Source: a virus
Length of the DNA: 64,000 nt
Strand: one strand, 5' to 3'
Virus record (IMG/VR): IMGVR_UViG_3300042308_001371
Location: 17,766 to 81,765 of that record
Shown here in pieces: positions 48,428-57,537 of the stretch. Every line of letters starts with the position of its first letter. The stretch's first letter is position 1. The position numbers and the translations under genes are program-made. The notes beneath the pieces were generated by a model. It was not told the origin of the DNA and did not search any database. It was given only the letters and a program-made list of their open reading frames with translations.

Positions 48428-48597
48428 AGTAACTCCAATAGTAGACTAGAAGGCTTTACAAATCTACTGGCATGATGATGGAAGAATCTTCCGTCTATGT
48501 AAATACTAAAGCCCTCTTGGTCAATAATTACTTGATATATGCCAATTGGACATCTGTCTAAGTATGGATCTATGAGTAGCATTGAAATTAAGTTCAT
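48424..48597 (-). CDS. Small protein; tag SSLLLELL (57 aa, not in the ORF track)
   Basis: MNLISMLLIDPYLDRCPIGIYQVIIDQEGFSIYIDGRFFHHHASRFVKPSSLLLELL; overlaps both neighbours by 4 nt. Confidence 0.7.
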   Translation of the reverse strand: MNLISMLLIDPYLDRCPIGIYQVIIDQEGFSIYIDGRFFHHHASRFVKPSSLLLELL

Positions 48598-48716
48598 CTA
48601 AGTCTACCAGATTGATCTGGGTTAACTGTAGATTCTTTAGGATCTACTACCATACCTTGGTTAGAGGCACAAGAAATAAAAAATCCAAGCAAAAATAGCA
48701 ATATAAAAGTTCTCAT
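48594..48716 (-). CDS. Small lipoprotein (40 aa, not in the ORF track)
   Basis: MRTFILLFLLGFFIS-C lipobox-like signal; GAGGG RBS. Confidence 0.6.
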   Translation of the reverse strand: MRTFILLFLLGFFISCASNQGMVVDPKESTVNPDQSGRLR

Positions 48717-48730
48717 TTACCCTCTACTGA

Positions 48731-50587
48731 TTAAAAATTTACTTCACAAGCCCCACCTGCACAAGCAGCTTCAGAACTTAGATCTGTATTATCTTCTTGT
48801 TCGATTACTTTTGTCAAATCAATATTCTTTAATGTAGCGTACAAGCTATCAAACTTTTCTTTAGAGCACTCCTCAAAAGGAGCTTGAATATATGAATGAT
48901 CATTTCTAGGAAGCACAGAAAGTCCATTATAACAATCCCTATTGTCCCACATCCACTCTGCAACATTATCCCATTCAGTATCACCTACAGATATAGTAGC
49001 CGAAACATTATGAGTATTATCACCCTTTCTATGCCCAACTTTAACCCACTCTGACGAGAACTTCTTAATTCGCTCTAATAGTTGAATTGCACTCTCAGTT
49101 CTAAAAATAGCAGTTTCAGGAGCTTTAACAGGAATTCCTACAACAGCTTGTTCCGTAGGTTTGAAGAATTCATCTTGAACAATTTCAGGATGATTTTTAG
49201 CTAGAAATTTGTAGATTGTTTCGTTTTTACCAAATCGTATATTACGAATATAATACTCACTATGCCAAGCATGAATACCAGAACTAGACCCAACAACCAA
49301 GGAAGTGGTCCCTGATGGTTTAATACAAGTTGTCCTAGCAGCCACGTTAATCCCAATAATGGTAGCAACACGTTCATTCTCCTGTTTTACAATACTGGAA
49401 GCAGATTCTAAATTAAAATTAAGAATATTACCTGAAGCAATTCCTGTAATTCCAACTCCTATTAATGAGTCTTTTTCTGTTGTCTTTTTCCAAATATCTC
49501 TAAGATAGTGGAAATCTGTATATCCGGCTTGGAGAGTGCCGAGAAATGCTGCGGCTCTAGATCTATCTTCTAAATCCCCTTGACTCACTATATCACTTCC
49601 ATTAATTTCCGTCAAGTTACAAAATTGGAATGGTCTTAATGCAATTTCACAGCATGGATTAGTTCCCCAATCTGCATTATTGCTAAAGTATAATCCCGGC
49701 TCACCAGATCCAGAGGCTTTAATTTTAGACCATAATTCCATAAATTTATCTTTAGTAACCTTATGTCTAATTACTACAGCCGAGTTATTTGCTCGTCCTC
49801 TCTGAGGATTTAATTCCCACCAGTTACCAAATTTACATGTTAGCATTTCATTGTCATCGATATCAAATAGGCATATCAAAGCGGCTCGTCTAATTCCACC
49901 AGAAAGTACCGCATCTGCAATGAAGCATAACATATCATGTACTTCTAAGGTAGATAGCTTATCCCCAATGCTTTTTCTGTCCAATATTCTTTGGAGATTA
50001 AATAGGCAAGTCTTTAATGGTTCAGCTCCGGGGGCTTTACCTCCACTAGTTACGAGTTCCTCTCCTTTTGCACGAATATCAGAAAAATCAAATAGGGGAA
50101 ATGACTTTCCATGAAAGTAAGCTTCCATGAGTTTTTTAATTGCATTAGCCCATCCTTGAATGGAATCTTCAATTAAAAATCTTCTTGCTCTTCCCGGCTT
50201 TACTACCTCACCTATATGCTCTACATGATGCTTTTGAACAGAATAACCTAAGCCAGTACCTCCCAATAAAAGAAACATGGCTTCAGAAAAGATCTTATAG
50301 TTATCCGCAGGAGCATAAGCACAGTTAAATATTCTATTAGGACTAACTTCAATAGGTTTTCCTGCAAACTGCATAGAGCGCATAGACGGTAGGATCTTTT
50401 TAGGAATTACAAAATTGTTATATAAACTAATAATTTCAAAATCTAATTGAGGATATTTTTTTAAATGCATGTCTCTATTTCTTAGACAAATTTCTTCCCA
50501 AGTCTCTCTTCTATTTTTGCTTTTATCAAATTTAGCATACTTAGAAAATACTGTAATATCTGACATAATCTTAACACTTTTGTCCAT
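48731..50587 (-). CDS. nrdJ: Class II (B12-dependent) ribonucleotide reductase
   Basis: RRETWEE, FNC, TNPCCEI, TCIKPSGTTS, C-terminal CAGGAC; no small-subunit gene nearby. Confidence 0.9.
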   Translation of the reverse strand: MDKSVKIMSDITVFSKYAKFDKSKNRRETWEEICLRNRDMHLKKYPQLDFEIISLYNNFVIPKKILPSMRSMQFAGKPIEVSPNRIFNCAYAPADNYKIFSEAMFLLLGGTGLGYSVQKHHVEHIGEVVKPGRARRFLIEDSIQGWANAIKKLMEAYFHGKSFPLFDFSDIRAKGEELVTSGGKAPGAEPLKTCLFNLQRILDRKSIGDKLSTLEVHDMLCFIADAVLSGGIRRAALICLFDIDDNEMLTCKFGNWWELNPQRGRANNSAVVIRHKVTKDKFMELWSKIKASGSGEPGLYFSNNADWGTNPCCEIALRPFQFCNLTEINGSDIVSQGDLEDRSRAAAFLGTLQAGYTDFHYLRDIWKKTTEKDSLIGVGITGIASGNILNFNLESASSIVKQENERVATIIGINVAARTTCIKPSGTTSLVVGSSSGIHAWHSEYYIRNIRFGKNETIYKFLAKNHPEIVQDEFFKPTEQAVVGIPVKAPETAIFRTESAIQLLERIKKFSSEWVKVGHRKGDNTHNVSATISVGDTEWDNVAEWMWDNRDCYNGLSVLPRNDHSYIQAPFEECSKEKFDSLYATLKNIDLTKVIEQEDNTDLSSEAACAGGACEVNF

Positions 50588-50648
50588 TATTTCTCCTATC
50601 TGTTGTTTTCGACAAAACCATTATAGCACTTTCTTTTAAATTTTTAAA

Positions 50649-51047
50649 TCATTTTCTCATGGCATTCATCACTTTTTTATAGTAAATAAAACTACTTGGA
50701 TGTTTAATTTTCCTAGCACCTTTAATTCCAAGATTGTAACATATAACCCAAGTGTTGTTAGCCTTATGAATACAATCCTGCTTAGCTTTTTTTAATAACT
50801 GAACCCCTCTTTCTATATTGGTACAGCTATTTAATAATTGTAGTTGACTCTCTGGAACAAATTGGTGCCTAATTTGCATCAATCCAGAATCTCCATTGCT
50901 ACCTATAGAAAATGGATTCTCCTTGCTCTCAACTTGTATGATTGCATTTGTTAGAGTAGGATTTAATCCAGACATGAGAGAATAGAATAGCACACATGAA
51001 TACATACTCATAGCAACTCCGATTCTAATCCTGACAATATTCTCCAT
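50649..51047 (-). CDS. SLT-family lytic transglycosylase (likely start 51011)
   Basis: AII.VES, GLMQI, YN.G. Confidence 0.85.
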   Translation of the reverse strand: MENIVRIRIGVAMSMYSCVLFYSLMSGLNPTLTNAIIQVESKENPFSIGSNGDSGLMQIRHQFVPESQLQLLNSCTNIERGVQLLKKAKQDCIHKANNTWVICYNLGIKGARKIKHPSSFIYYKKVMNAMRK

Positions 51048-51250
51048 CCATAAAGATTAAAGCATTCTAACGCTGTTTTAACTTTAATTATATGATGAAA
51101 CTCATTAGTAACTGCATCTTCTGAGGAATCTATCCAGATAAAAGTAAATTCATCTTTTGTAAGCTCACTACATAAGCCGTATACGTTAGGATCTTCCCTA
51201 GTGGGTTTAAATTTCATACCTATAAAGAGATTATCCATATTTATATTCAT
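51008..51250 (-). CDS. Small SH3-like protein; tag SGLESELL
   Basis: LFIGMKF; tail motif. Confidence 0.7.
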   Translation of the reverse strand: MNINMDNLFIGMKFKPTREDPNVYGLCSELTKDEFTFIWIDSSEDAVTNEFHHIIKVKTALECFNLYGWRILSGLESELL

Positions 51251-51449
51251 TTAGTTTATCCAATAAAATATTTAATAGAACTATTATAAATCCCTTTGCT
51301 ATAAAAAATAATACTACTTTTATAAGAATTAGTATAAACAATAGTCTAAAAATAGTATCTTGTATATTTTCTAGCTTCATTATTCTTTTTCCAGATAGAT
51401 TACCTTTCCAAATTCTGCAGGGGCTGGAGATTTTCTTACTCCTACCCAT
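51231..51449 (-). CDS. Small membrane protein (likely start 51380)
   Basis: Long hydrophobic segment. Confidence 0.45.
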   Translation of the reverse strand: MGRSKKISSPCRIWKGNLSGKRIMKLENIQDTIFRLLFILILIKVVLFFIAKGFIIVLLNILLDKLNEYKYG

Positions 51450-52573
51450 AGAAAAGGCTTATTAGGATTTTCTGGAGTATCTGCAGTGTCAAAATCACCA
51501 CAGTATAAAATGCCGTCAACCTTTAATTCTACAGCTTTTTTAATAGCCGGATTGTATGCGGTCCCGCCCCTACCTTTAAAATTGGGAGTCTTACCTGCTT
51601 CAAATTCATATACATTTTGTACAATACAATCTGCTTCGATAACTGTAATTTTAACTCCACATGCTCCAATAGATTGCATTTCTGCCCAAAACATTGACAA
51701 TTCCTCATCGCTTACCGATCCAGAAGTATCTACACATAGACCCAAATGAAGTTCTGGCTTCTTTTTACTCCCCGGCTGCAAAATTCCATATCTTCTATTT
51801 CTTTTTTTTCTAGTTGGAATTCTACTACTCTTTAAAGTATTAACATAAAATTGTCTTAATTGCTGTTTCCAATTAACTTGACTCTTGTTCATATCACTTA
51901 CTAAGCCAACTAAATCACTAGGCAGATTACCAATGCCTCCAATTGATTTAACTGAATCGTTAACCGCTTGCTTGGCTACTTCCTTCTGCATCTCTGCATT
52001 TCCTTCAGACTTATCCCAAACAGAATGGTCATCGATAGTATCCCCCAAGCCGTCACCCTCTGGTAGTATATCCGAGTTTTCTTCTGCAAATTGATTTATT
52101 CTATTGTAATAATACTCAGCCATTTGACCTTCAATCATGGGAGTAAAAGCCCTTTTTGCATTGTCTTTGGCATTAGCCTTCTCTATCATTGCCTTCATCA
52201 TTTCATTAATGGACTTAATAGTAACTCCACCTATTTTTTCAACTGTAGCAACTAAATCATGTGTATTAATAGTTGCATCTGTTGCAATATTAAATCTTTT
52301 ATGTAGTTCTGCATTAACTACTCCAATCTGTTTTGCGCGAATAATATGCTCTTGTAGAATGTGAGCGCACTCATGTTTTAATACCTTAACAACATCGATT
52401 AGATCTAAACTTTCAATCCAATCCTCGTTATAAATTAGATTTATTTTATCTGTAATAAAAACTCCGGCAGTAGGAATCTTATCAGTCTTATTAATTTTCA
52501 TCTTAGAGATCAAATGCCCATAAAATGGTTCAGAAAAAATGAGAGCTGTTATTGCTTGTTGGAACTTATTCAT
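51380..52573 (-). CDS. Metallopeptidase-vWA protein (DUF2201-like)
   Basis: HECAH, N.A.D..IN, VDTSGSV, GRGGT. Confidence 0.85.
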   Translation of the reverse strand: MNKFQQAITALIFSEPFYGHLISKMKINKTDKIPTAGVFITDKINLIYNEDWIESLDLIDVVKVLKHECAHILQEHIIRAKQIGVVNAELHKRFNIATDATINTHDLVATVEKIGGVTIKSINEMMKAMIEKANAKDNAKRAFTPMIEGQMAEYYYNRINQFAEENSDILPEGDGLGDTIDDHSVWDKSEGNAEMQKEVAKQAVNDSVKSIGGIGNLPSDLVGLVSDMNKSQVNWKQQLRQFYVNTLKSSRIPTRKKRNRRYGILQPGSKKKPELHLGLCVDTSGSVSDEELSMFWAEMQSIGACGVKITVIEADCIVQNVYEFEAGKTPNFKGRGGTAYNPAIKKAVELKVDGILYCGDFDTADTPENPNKPFLWVGVRKSPAPAEFGKVIYLEKE

Positions 52574-52585
52574 ATATCTCCTAGT

Positions 52586-52618
52586 AAAAAAATGGGCAAG
52601 GTATTTATAGCCTTGCCC
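52586..52618 (-). terminator. Terminator-like hairpin
   Basis: GGGCAAGG/CCTTGCCC stem followed on - by ATTTTTTT. Confidence 0.6.
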
Positions 52619-52636
52619 TTAGCTTAGTCTTATACA

Positions 52637-52665
52637 ATAATACAGGAGTTAAATTATTGCGTCAA
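52637..52665 (-). promoter_or_regulatory. sigma70 promoter
   Basis: TTGACG-17-TATTAT. Confidence 0.6.
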
Positions 52666-52666
52666 G

Positions 52667-53854
52667 TTAAAAAGGTATATCAGAGTTTTCAAATGCTTTA
52701 GCTTTAGCTTTAGCTTCCCTCTCTTCTTTAGCCGTTTTATATGCATCTTTTGCAAGCCTAGCTTCTCTTGTCTTTTCTACTAATTGTTTATTCTCTAGTA
52801 CATAAGCCTTCATGTTAACATCTGTCGAAAATTGAGCAACCTCTCTTAAGGGCAGCAAAAAAGCATACAAATTTTCTACAGGGCAGTCTAAAAGAAATGC
52901 CACTAGATTTTTAGCATTATTGTCAGTTAGTGTAGTTGCTTTAAGTCTAATTACTAGCTCCTCAGAAACATTAGAGCAAACTGTAGCGATGATATCGGCT
53001 CTAGGTGCTTCAATATCTTCTAGAGTAACTGGGTTTTTAAAATTCTTAATAAAACTAGTTCTACTCTTTTCATAATTATCTAGAATATCTTTTGCATCAA
53101 CAATTTTTACTTGGTTTTCCTTCCACGAACTATAGGCAATCATACTAGTAGTTCCTACAATGCCCATACCTGCTTCTCTAAAAAGATTCTCTGGCATACT
53201 GGTTAGTTCCAATTTTTGAAGTCTATCCCATGATCTTCGTGAAGGTTTAACAAAATCTAAGGTAACAGCTTTAAGATCAGTTTCTTCTAGAAGTTTTGTC
53301 TGTTGACGTAAGAAATCACTTACTGGACTATTAGTATATCGACCAGTCATATATTCATGAAATTCTTCATGAGTAGGATCTAGATTAATATGAACAAAAC
53401 GATCTGCAAAAGCCTTATCTGCAAAGTCAAGAACAGAATAGTCATCGGTGGCCGGATTCATTGCCATGATAATGGCAGAATCTTTCGGTAACGTATAATC
53501 ATGTAAGGTTCCTTCTAGAGCCAATTGAAAGATAGCTTGGAGTAGTTCTTTTGATGCTCTGTTAAGCTCATCAAAGAAAAGAATTGACTTAGGATTTTTA
53601 GGTAACTTTTCAGGATGGACAAAGCTAACTGATAAAGCTTTACCAGAACTATCCCTATTAAATTCTGGAAGACCTAGCAAGTCTCCATTGTCGGACATTT
53701 GACCAAGAAAGAATGGGTGAAATGTATAACCATTTTCCTTAGCGTACTGAGCTACTACTGAAGACTTCCCAATCCCATGCTTTCCGATAATATTAGGCAC
53801 AAGCCCAGACTCAATAATGAATGGAAGTGATTGTTTAAGTTGTGTGATATTCAT
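52667..53854 (-). CDS. MoxR-like AAA+ ATPase
   Basis: GKHGIGKS, GDLLGLP, FFDELNRA, AMNP, D.AF.DRF, PS.RSW; adjacent to the vWA gene. Confidence 0.85.
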   Translation of the reverse strand: MNITQLKQSLPFIIESGLVPNIIGKHGIGKSSVVAQYAKENGYTFHPFFLGQMSDNGDLLGLPEFNRDSSGKALSVSFVHPEKLPKNPKSILFFDELNRASKELLQAIFQLALEGTLHDYTLPKDSAIIMAMNPATDDYSVLDFADKAFADRFVHINLDPTHEEFHEYMTGRYTNSPVSDFLRQQTKLLEETDLKAVTLDFVKPSRRSWDRLQKLELTSMPENLFREAGMGIVGTTSMIAYSSWKENQVKIVDAKDILDNYEKSRTSFIKNFKNPVTLEDIEAPRADIIATVCSNVSEELVIRLKATTLTDNNAKNLVAFLLDCPVENLYAFLLPLREVAQFSTDVNMKAYVLENKQLVEKTREARLAKDAYKTAKEEREAKAKAKAFENSDIPF

Positions 53855-53897
53855 AATTTCTCCTGTTATCAGTTAAGTAGCCTTTAATTATTATAAT

Positions 53898-54290
53898 TTA
53901 TTTTACATTTTGTGTCAATTTATTTTTATTCTTACTTCTAATTACTTCACCAATACAGCATTCTTTACATGCCGCCCTCACCCCTCCCTTTGATGTTTTA
54001 TGGGGTGAAAAGGAAATAAACGGTTTATTTTTACGACATTTAGTACATACCTTTTCTCTAAAATTTACTATTTTATAATCTTTAACTATGCGCCTAGTAT
54101 CTTTTTTTTGCTTTAAACACAATCTAATAAATTCATCCCCCACCTTTATCCTTCTTTCATCTGCACTTACTAAATCTAATATCTGCACTTCTAGATTATT
54201 CTTATCTTCAATCGGAGTAGACTTAAAAACTTTATTAAAAGTTTTAACATCTTGTTTAGGCATATTCTCAAAAATATCTATAATACTCAT
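53898..54290 (-). CDS. Hypothetical protein with a CxxC..CxxC zinc finger
   Basis: CTKCRK.K....F......G....CKEC. Confidence 0.55.
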   Translation of the reverse strand: MSIIDIFENMPKQDVKTFNKVFKSTPIEDKNNLEVQILDLVSADERRIKVGDEFIRLCLKQKKDTRRIVKDYKIVNFREKVCTKCRKNKPFISFSPHKTSKGGVRAACKECCIGEVIRSKNKNKLTQNVK

Positions 54291-54607
54291 TGTAACTCCT
54301 TCAAGGTTAGTATTTTATTCTTACCATATTTTCTCTGAGTGATATACCCTAATTTTTCCAAATTGTTGGCACCGCTTCTGATAGTTCTAAATGATAAGCA
54401 AGTGTTATTTAACAAAGTAGTGAGCGAATGAATTTGTTTAGTATCCCTGACCGCTATAAAGATCATAAATTCAGATAAGGTAAGTTTTTTATAATAATCT
54501 GGAAAACTTAAATTAGTCTCACTTCCAGAAATATCTTTTAATTCTCTTTTCTTTTTTAAGTAATATCTTTTATTTCTTCTCTGCTTGCCTGTTTGTTTTG
54601 TTGTCAT
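54287..54607 (-). CDS. Winged-helix DNA-binding protein
   Basis: LS..TI......LE.LGYI. Confidence 0.6.
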   Translation of the reverse strand: MTTKQTGKQRRNKRYYLKKKRELKDISGSETNLSFPDYYKKLTLSEFMIFIAVRDTKQIHSLTTLLNNTCLSFRTIRSGANNLEKLGYITQRKYGKNKILTLKELQ

Positions 54608-54625
54608 TGCTTCCCCCTTACACTT

Positions 54626-54654
54626 ATTATATAGACATTTAATGCAAGTGTCAA
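54626..54654 (-). promoter_or_regulatory. Consensus sigma70 promoter
   Basis: TTGACA-17-TATAAT. Confidence 0.9.
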
Positions 54655-54799
54655 TTTTTTAATTCGGAGCATTTATATGTAGAATATTTAATAGTATTGC
54701 TATAATACTTTCCAATCTTTTCACAATTAGATTTATTTATAAATTTATATCCGTACTTGACCTCACCATGAATCATAGTTATGGTCAAAATCCAAAATA

Positions 54800-55036
54800 T
54801 CACATAAGCTCCATTTCTAAAGAAGTAAGTTTTTGATCTAAAATCTCGGGAAATTTCATAAAATCCCACCTCTGTTCATAAGGTGGTTCATTTAATAGTG
54901 TATATAAAGCGATATTATAACCAACATAGTGGATTTTCATCACATTACTCGGATTTAATCCATCATGCTCCCAAATTTTATAAAATTCCCCTATCTTTGG
55001 TTTTTGAGTATCCGCTTTTTTTAAATTCCTTTTCAA
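54800..55036 (-). CDS. Small SH3-like protein; tag TSLEMELM
   Basis: PKIGEFY; tail motif; AGGAG RBS. Confidence 0.7.
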   Translation of the reverse strand: MKRNLKKADTQKPKIGEFYKIWEHDGLNPSNVMKIHYVGYNIALYTLLNEPPYEQRWDFMKFPEILDQKLTSLEMELM

Positions 55037-55262
55037 ATTTAACTCCTAGCTTTTGAAGTTCTCGTCTTATCATTCGTCTTAGTACGTTTCTATTAGTGCT
55101 AAAATACTCTTTAATGATATTTCTACGTTTAAAGTTTAATATTTTACCATATCCATTTATAAAGTTAATTTTAGCATAATAAGAAACCCCAGAAGATGAT
55201 ATAATTTCATCGCTCTGGAGTTCGCCTGTTTTTAGTTTAGTGTATTTAATGCGATAAGTCAA
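54978..55262 (-). CDS. Basic hypothetical protein
   Basis: 94 aa; AGGAG RBS. Confidence 0.55.
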   Translation of the reverse strand: MTYRIKYTKLKTGELQSDEIISSSGVSYYAKINFINGYGKILNFKRRNIIKEYFSTNRNVLRRMIRRELQKLGVKFEKEFKKSGYSKTKDRGIL

Positions 55263-55265
55263 ATA

Positions 55266-55514
55266 CTATTCTCCTAAAATTATTCTTTTAACAACGTCAT
55301 CTGTTAAGTCTACAGTAATTAAAGCCTGTTTAAGAGTTTTACTTGTAATGTCTAAATTGGTGCCATGTTCTACAACTTGGAATGATTCTTTATTCCTAAG
55401 CTTACTAACTAAATAGTTTAGCGTTACATAACTCTTTGTTGTTTTACTGTAAAGCTTACGGTTTTTAAATTTCTTAATTGTTTCCATTGTTTTCTCCTTT
55501 GTATTTTTCAACAT
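55266..55514 (-). CDS. PhaR-type (PHB accumulation regulator N-terminal) DNA-binding domain protein (likely start 55487)
   Basis: IKKFKNRKLY......YVTL......  F.V....T..DIT..TL.Q. Confidence 0.75.
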   Translation of the reverse strand: MLKNTKEKTMETIKKFKNRKLYSKTTKSYVTLNYLVSKLRNKESFQVVEHGTNLDITSKTLKQALITVDLTDDVVKRIILGE

Positions 55515-56031
55515 AATCTACCACTAGTTTTATTTGTTCCAACGTAGCATTATTTTTTATTCTATTAGCTAAATGAGATACTATTTGAACATTACCTTTA
55601 ACATAACCTAGAGAAGGTATAATTCTATCTAAGGATGGAGAATTATCTAGGTTTTCTCCTCCAGCTTTTAAATCTGTTCCAAAAACTACGCACTTTCCTG
55701 TATAAACTAAATCCTCCTCTTTTAAATTAAAAGGAATGTTGTATTTTTTTGATTTTTGTTTAGCCCATCTCAATAGCATTTTTAATGGATTATTTTTACT
55801 AAACTCTCGTTTTTTTACATTTATTTTATCTTTAAATTCCCTTGTTTTTCTTGTAGCTCTTTGTTTTTTTAACAATTGTTTTCTATTTTTATCATAATAC
55901 TCTTTTCTTTTTATTTTTACACAATCTATACAAAAAGAATACATGTTAGCTTTATTTCTTTTATGTTTAAAAAAATTAATTTTTGCTTTAAACATCTTAC
56001 AATGATTACAAATTCTCCCTTCTAACTCCAT
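55474..56031 (-). CDS. HNH homing-type endonuclease with an N-terminal zinc finger
   Basis: CNHC..CIDC; PSLDRI.P..GY.KGNV.I.S..AN..K. Confidence 0.8.
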   Translation of the reverse strand: MELEGRICNHCKMFKAKINFFKHKRNKANMYSFCIDCVKIKRKEYYDKNRKQLLKKQRATRKTREFKDKINVKKREFSKNNPLKMLLRWAKQKSKKYNIPFNLKEEDLVYTGKCVVFGTDLKAGGENLDNSPSLDRIIPSLGYVKGNVQIVSHLANRIKNNATLEQIKLVVDYVEKYKGENNGNN

Positions 56032-56489
56032 TTAGGTTCCCTTACATCTGTTAACCATCTACTTTTCAAGTAGAGTCTATAAGCCAATGTTACATCATTT
56101 TCATGCGTGAAGTCAACGCCTTTCGTCAAGTTTCTTGCATTGTTTGAAAAAGGCATTTGCTCCCCTACTGGAATAAGTCCAATATTAACTTCAAAAATAG
56201 GAAAAAGTTTATAGCTTGCATGAACCTTTCCACCTCGTCTAGTATATTCATCACATAACGCTCTAAAATGCTCTAGAAGCCATTTATAATTGCCCCTAGT
56301 AGTCCTACACCAAACATTAGAAGGATGGTTTTTATGAGTGATTTTATAAACATCCTCACCAGTATAACCGCATAGGCGCAAAGCACTTGATAGTAATTGA
56401 GCAGTCTCTAGACACATTTTATTTACTCGCTTATCATCTAAAAAATTTGCCGATTCAATAGGACAATTTGAAGTTATAAAAATATTCAT
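56022..56489 (-). CDS. Pyrimidine-dimer DNA glycosylase (DenV-like)
   Basis: MNIF, D.RV.KM.LE.AQLLS, Y..TH.NHP...W, EY..R.GK.H. Confidence 0.8.
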   Translation of the reverse strand: MNIFITSNCPIESANFLDDKRVNKMCLETAQLLSSALRLCGYTGEDVYKITHKNHPSNVWCRTTRGNYKWLLEHFRALCDEYTRRGGKVHASYKLFPIFEVNIGLIPVGEQMPFSNNARNLTKGVDFTHENDVTLAYRLYLKSRWLTDVREPKWS

Positions 56490-56683
56490 ATTAGTTCTTT
56501 TTCTAAAGTAGAAAGTTTTTGCATTTTAAGCAACGTATTTTTATGTTCAATACAAGTATTTAAATCCCTACCATTTTCTGCCAATAAAGCCCGACATTTA
56601 ATATAACATGTATCTAATGGAATTGAAATAATTTTATACAAAATCATACCATGCTTAAAAATATCTCCCTTTTGAATCTCCAT
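56486..56683 (-). CDS. Small SH3-like protein; tag STLEKELI
   Basis: IQKGDIF; tail motif. Confidence 0.7.
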   Translation of the reverse strand: MEIQKGDIFKHGMILYKIISIPLDTCYIKCRALLAENGRDLNTCIEHKNTLLKMQKLSTLEKELI

Positions 56684-57016
56684 TATTGTACTGTCAAATA
56701 AATAGTATTTCCATTTAATTGTTCCACAAGTTCAAAAAGCTTAGCTTCAAGAATTTTTCTTTCAACTTCATCAATAGTAACATCTAAAATATCACAAGTA
56801 TTATCAATTTGAATTTCAAGTTTAGTCATCATTAAGCTCCCCCATAAATAAGTTATAAATAAGACCACCTGCGACAATTATAAGCCCAAAAACTCCGATA
56901 AGCAATAAAAAAGATTCTAATTTTGACATTATAACCTCACTAAATAATTAGTTAAGTATGAAAAAAATAATCCAGTCATTAGATAACTTAAAAATTCTAG
57001 TTTTGTCATAAAGCCC

Positions 57017-57355
57017 CTATTTTACTATTGTAAACTTTTTACCAGTAGACTTATCACTATAAAACTCGGATAGTCCGTCAACAGACTTTACTTGAGTAAA
57101 TACACCGGCTCTTTTTCCATCCACAATTACCCTATTTTCATTTCCAATAGTGACCTTTTGCCTAATATTGTTATCAGCTAAAAACTGTTTTAAAGCGTTT
57201 TCTTCCACCTTAGAAGATAGTTCTATGATTAATACCCTACCAGATAACGAGTTATCTATTTTTCTAAAGTTTAAGCCAATGGTCAGCACAAAGCCCATTA
57301 AATCCTTGCTTAAATTATTGGATAGTCCATCGATGTCAATAATAAATGTTTTCAT
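57017..57355 (-). CDS. Hypothetical protein
   Basis: 112 aa ORF in an early operon. Confidence 0.55.
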   Translation of the reverse strand: MKTFIIDIDGLSNNLSKDLMGFVLTIGLNFRKIDNSLSGRVLIIELSSKVEENALKQFLADNNIRQKVTIGNENRVIVDGKRAGVFTQVKSVDGLSEFYSDKSTGKKFTIVK

Positions 57356-57537
57356 TCACTAGCCTTTTTTTCAATGCTTTCTATATTATATAACTCATTT
57401 ATAGCCATCTCTATGCGTTTTATATTATCACTCTTTACTCTTACTTGCACTGAAAATTTATAATTATCTAAAGCCCTTTCCAAAACTTCAAGCTCTTTTT
57501 TGTTTAATTTTATTACTTTTTCCATTTTACTTTCCTA

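Noticed and set aside
52667-53854. AAA+ ATPase as a sigma54 enhancer-binding activator
   Set aside because: No GAFTGA loop; the motifs and the vWA neighbour indicate a MoxR-like protein.
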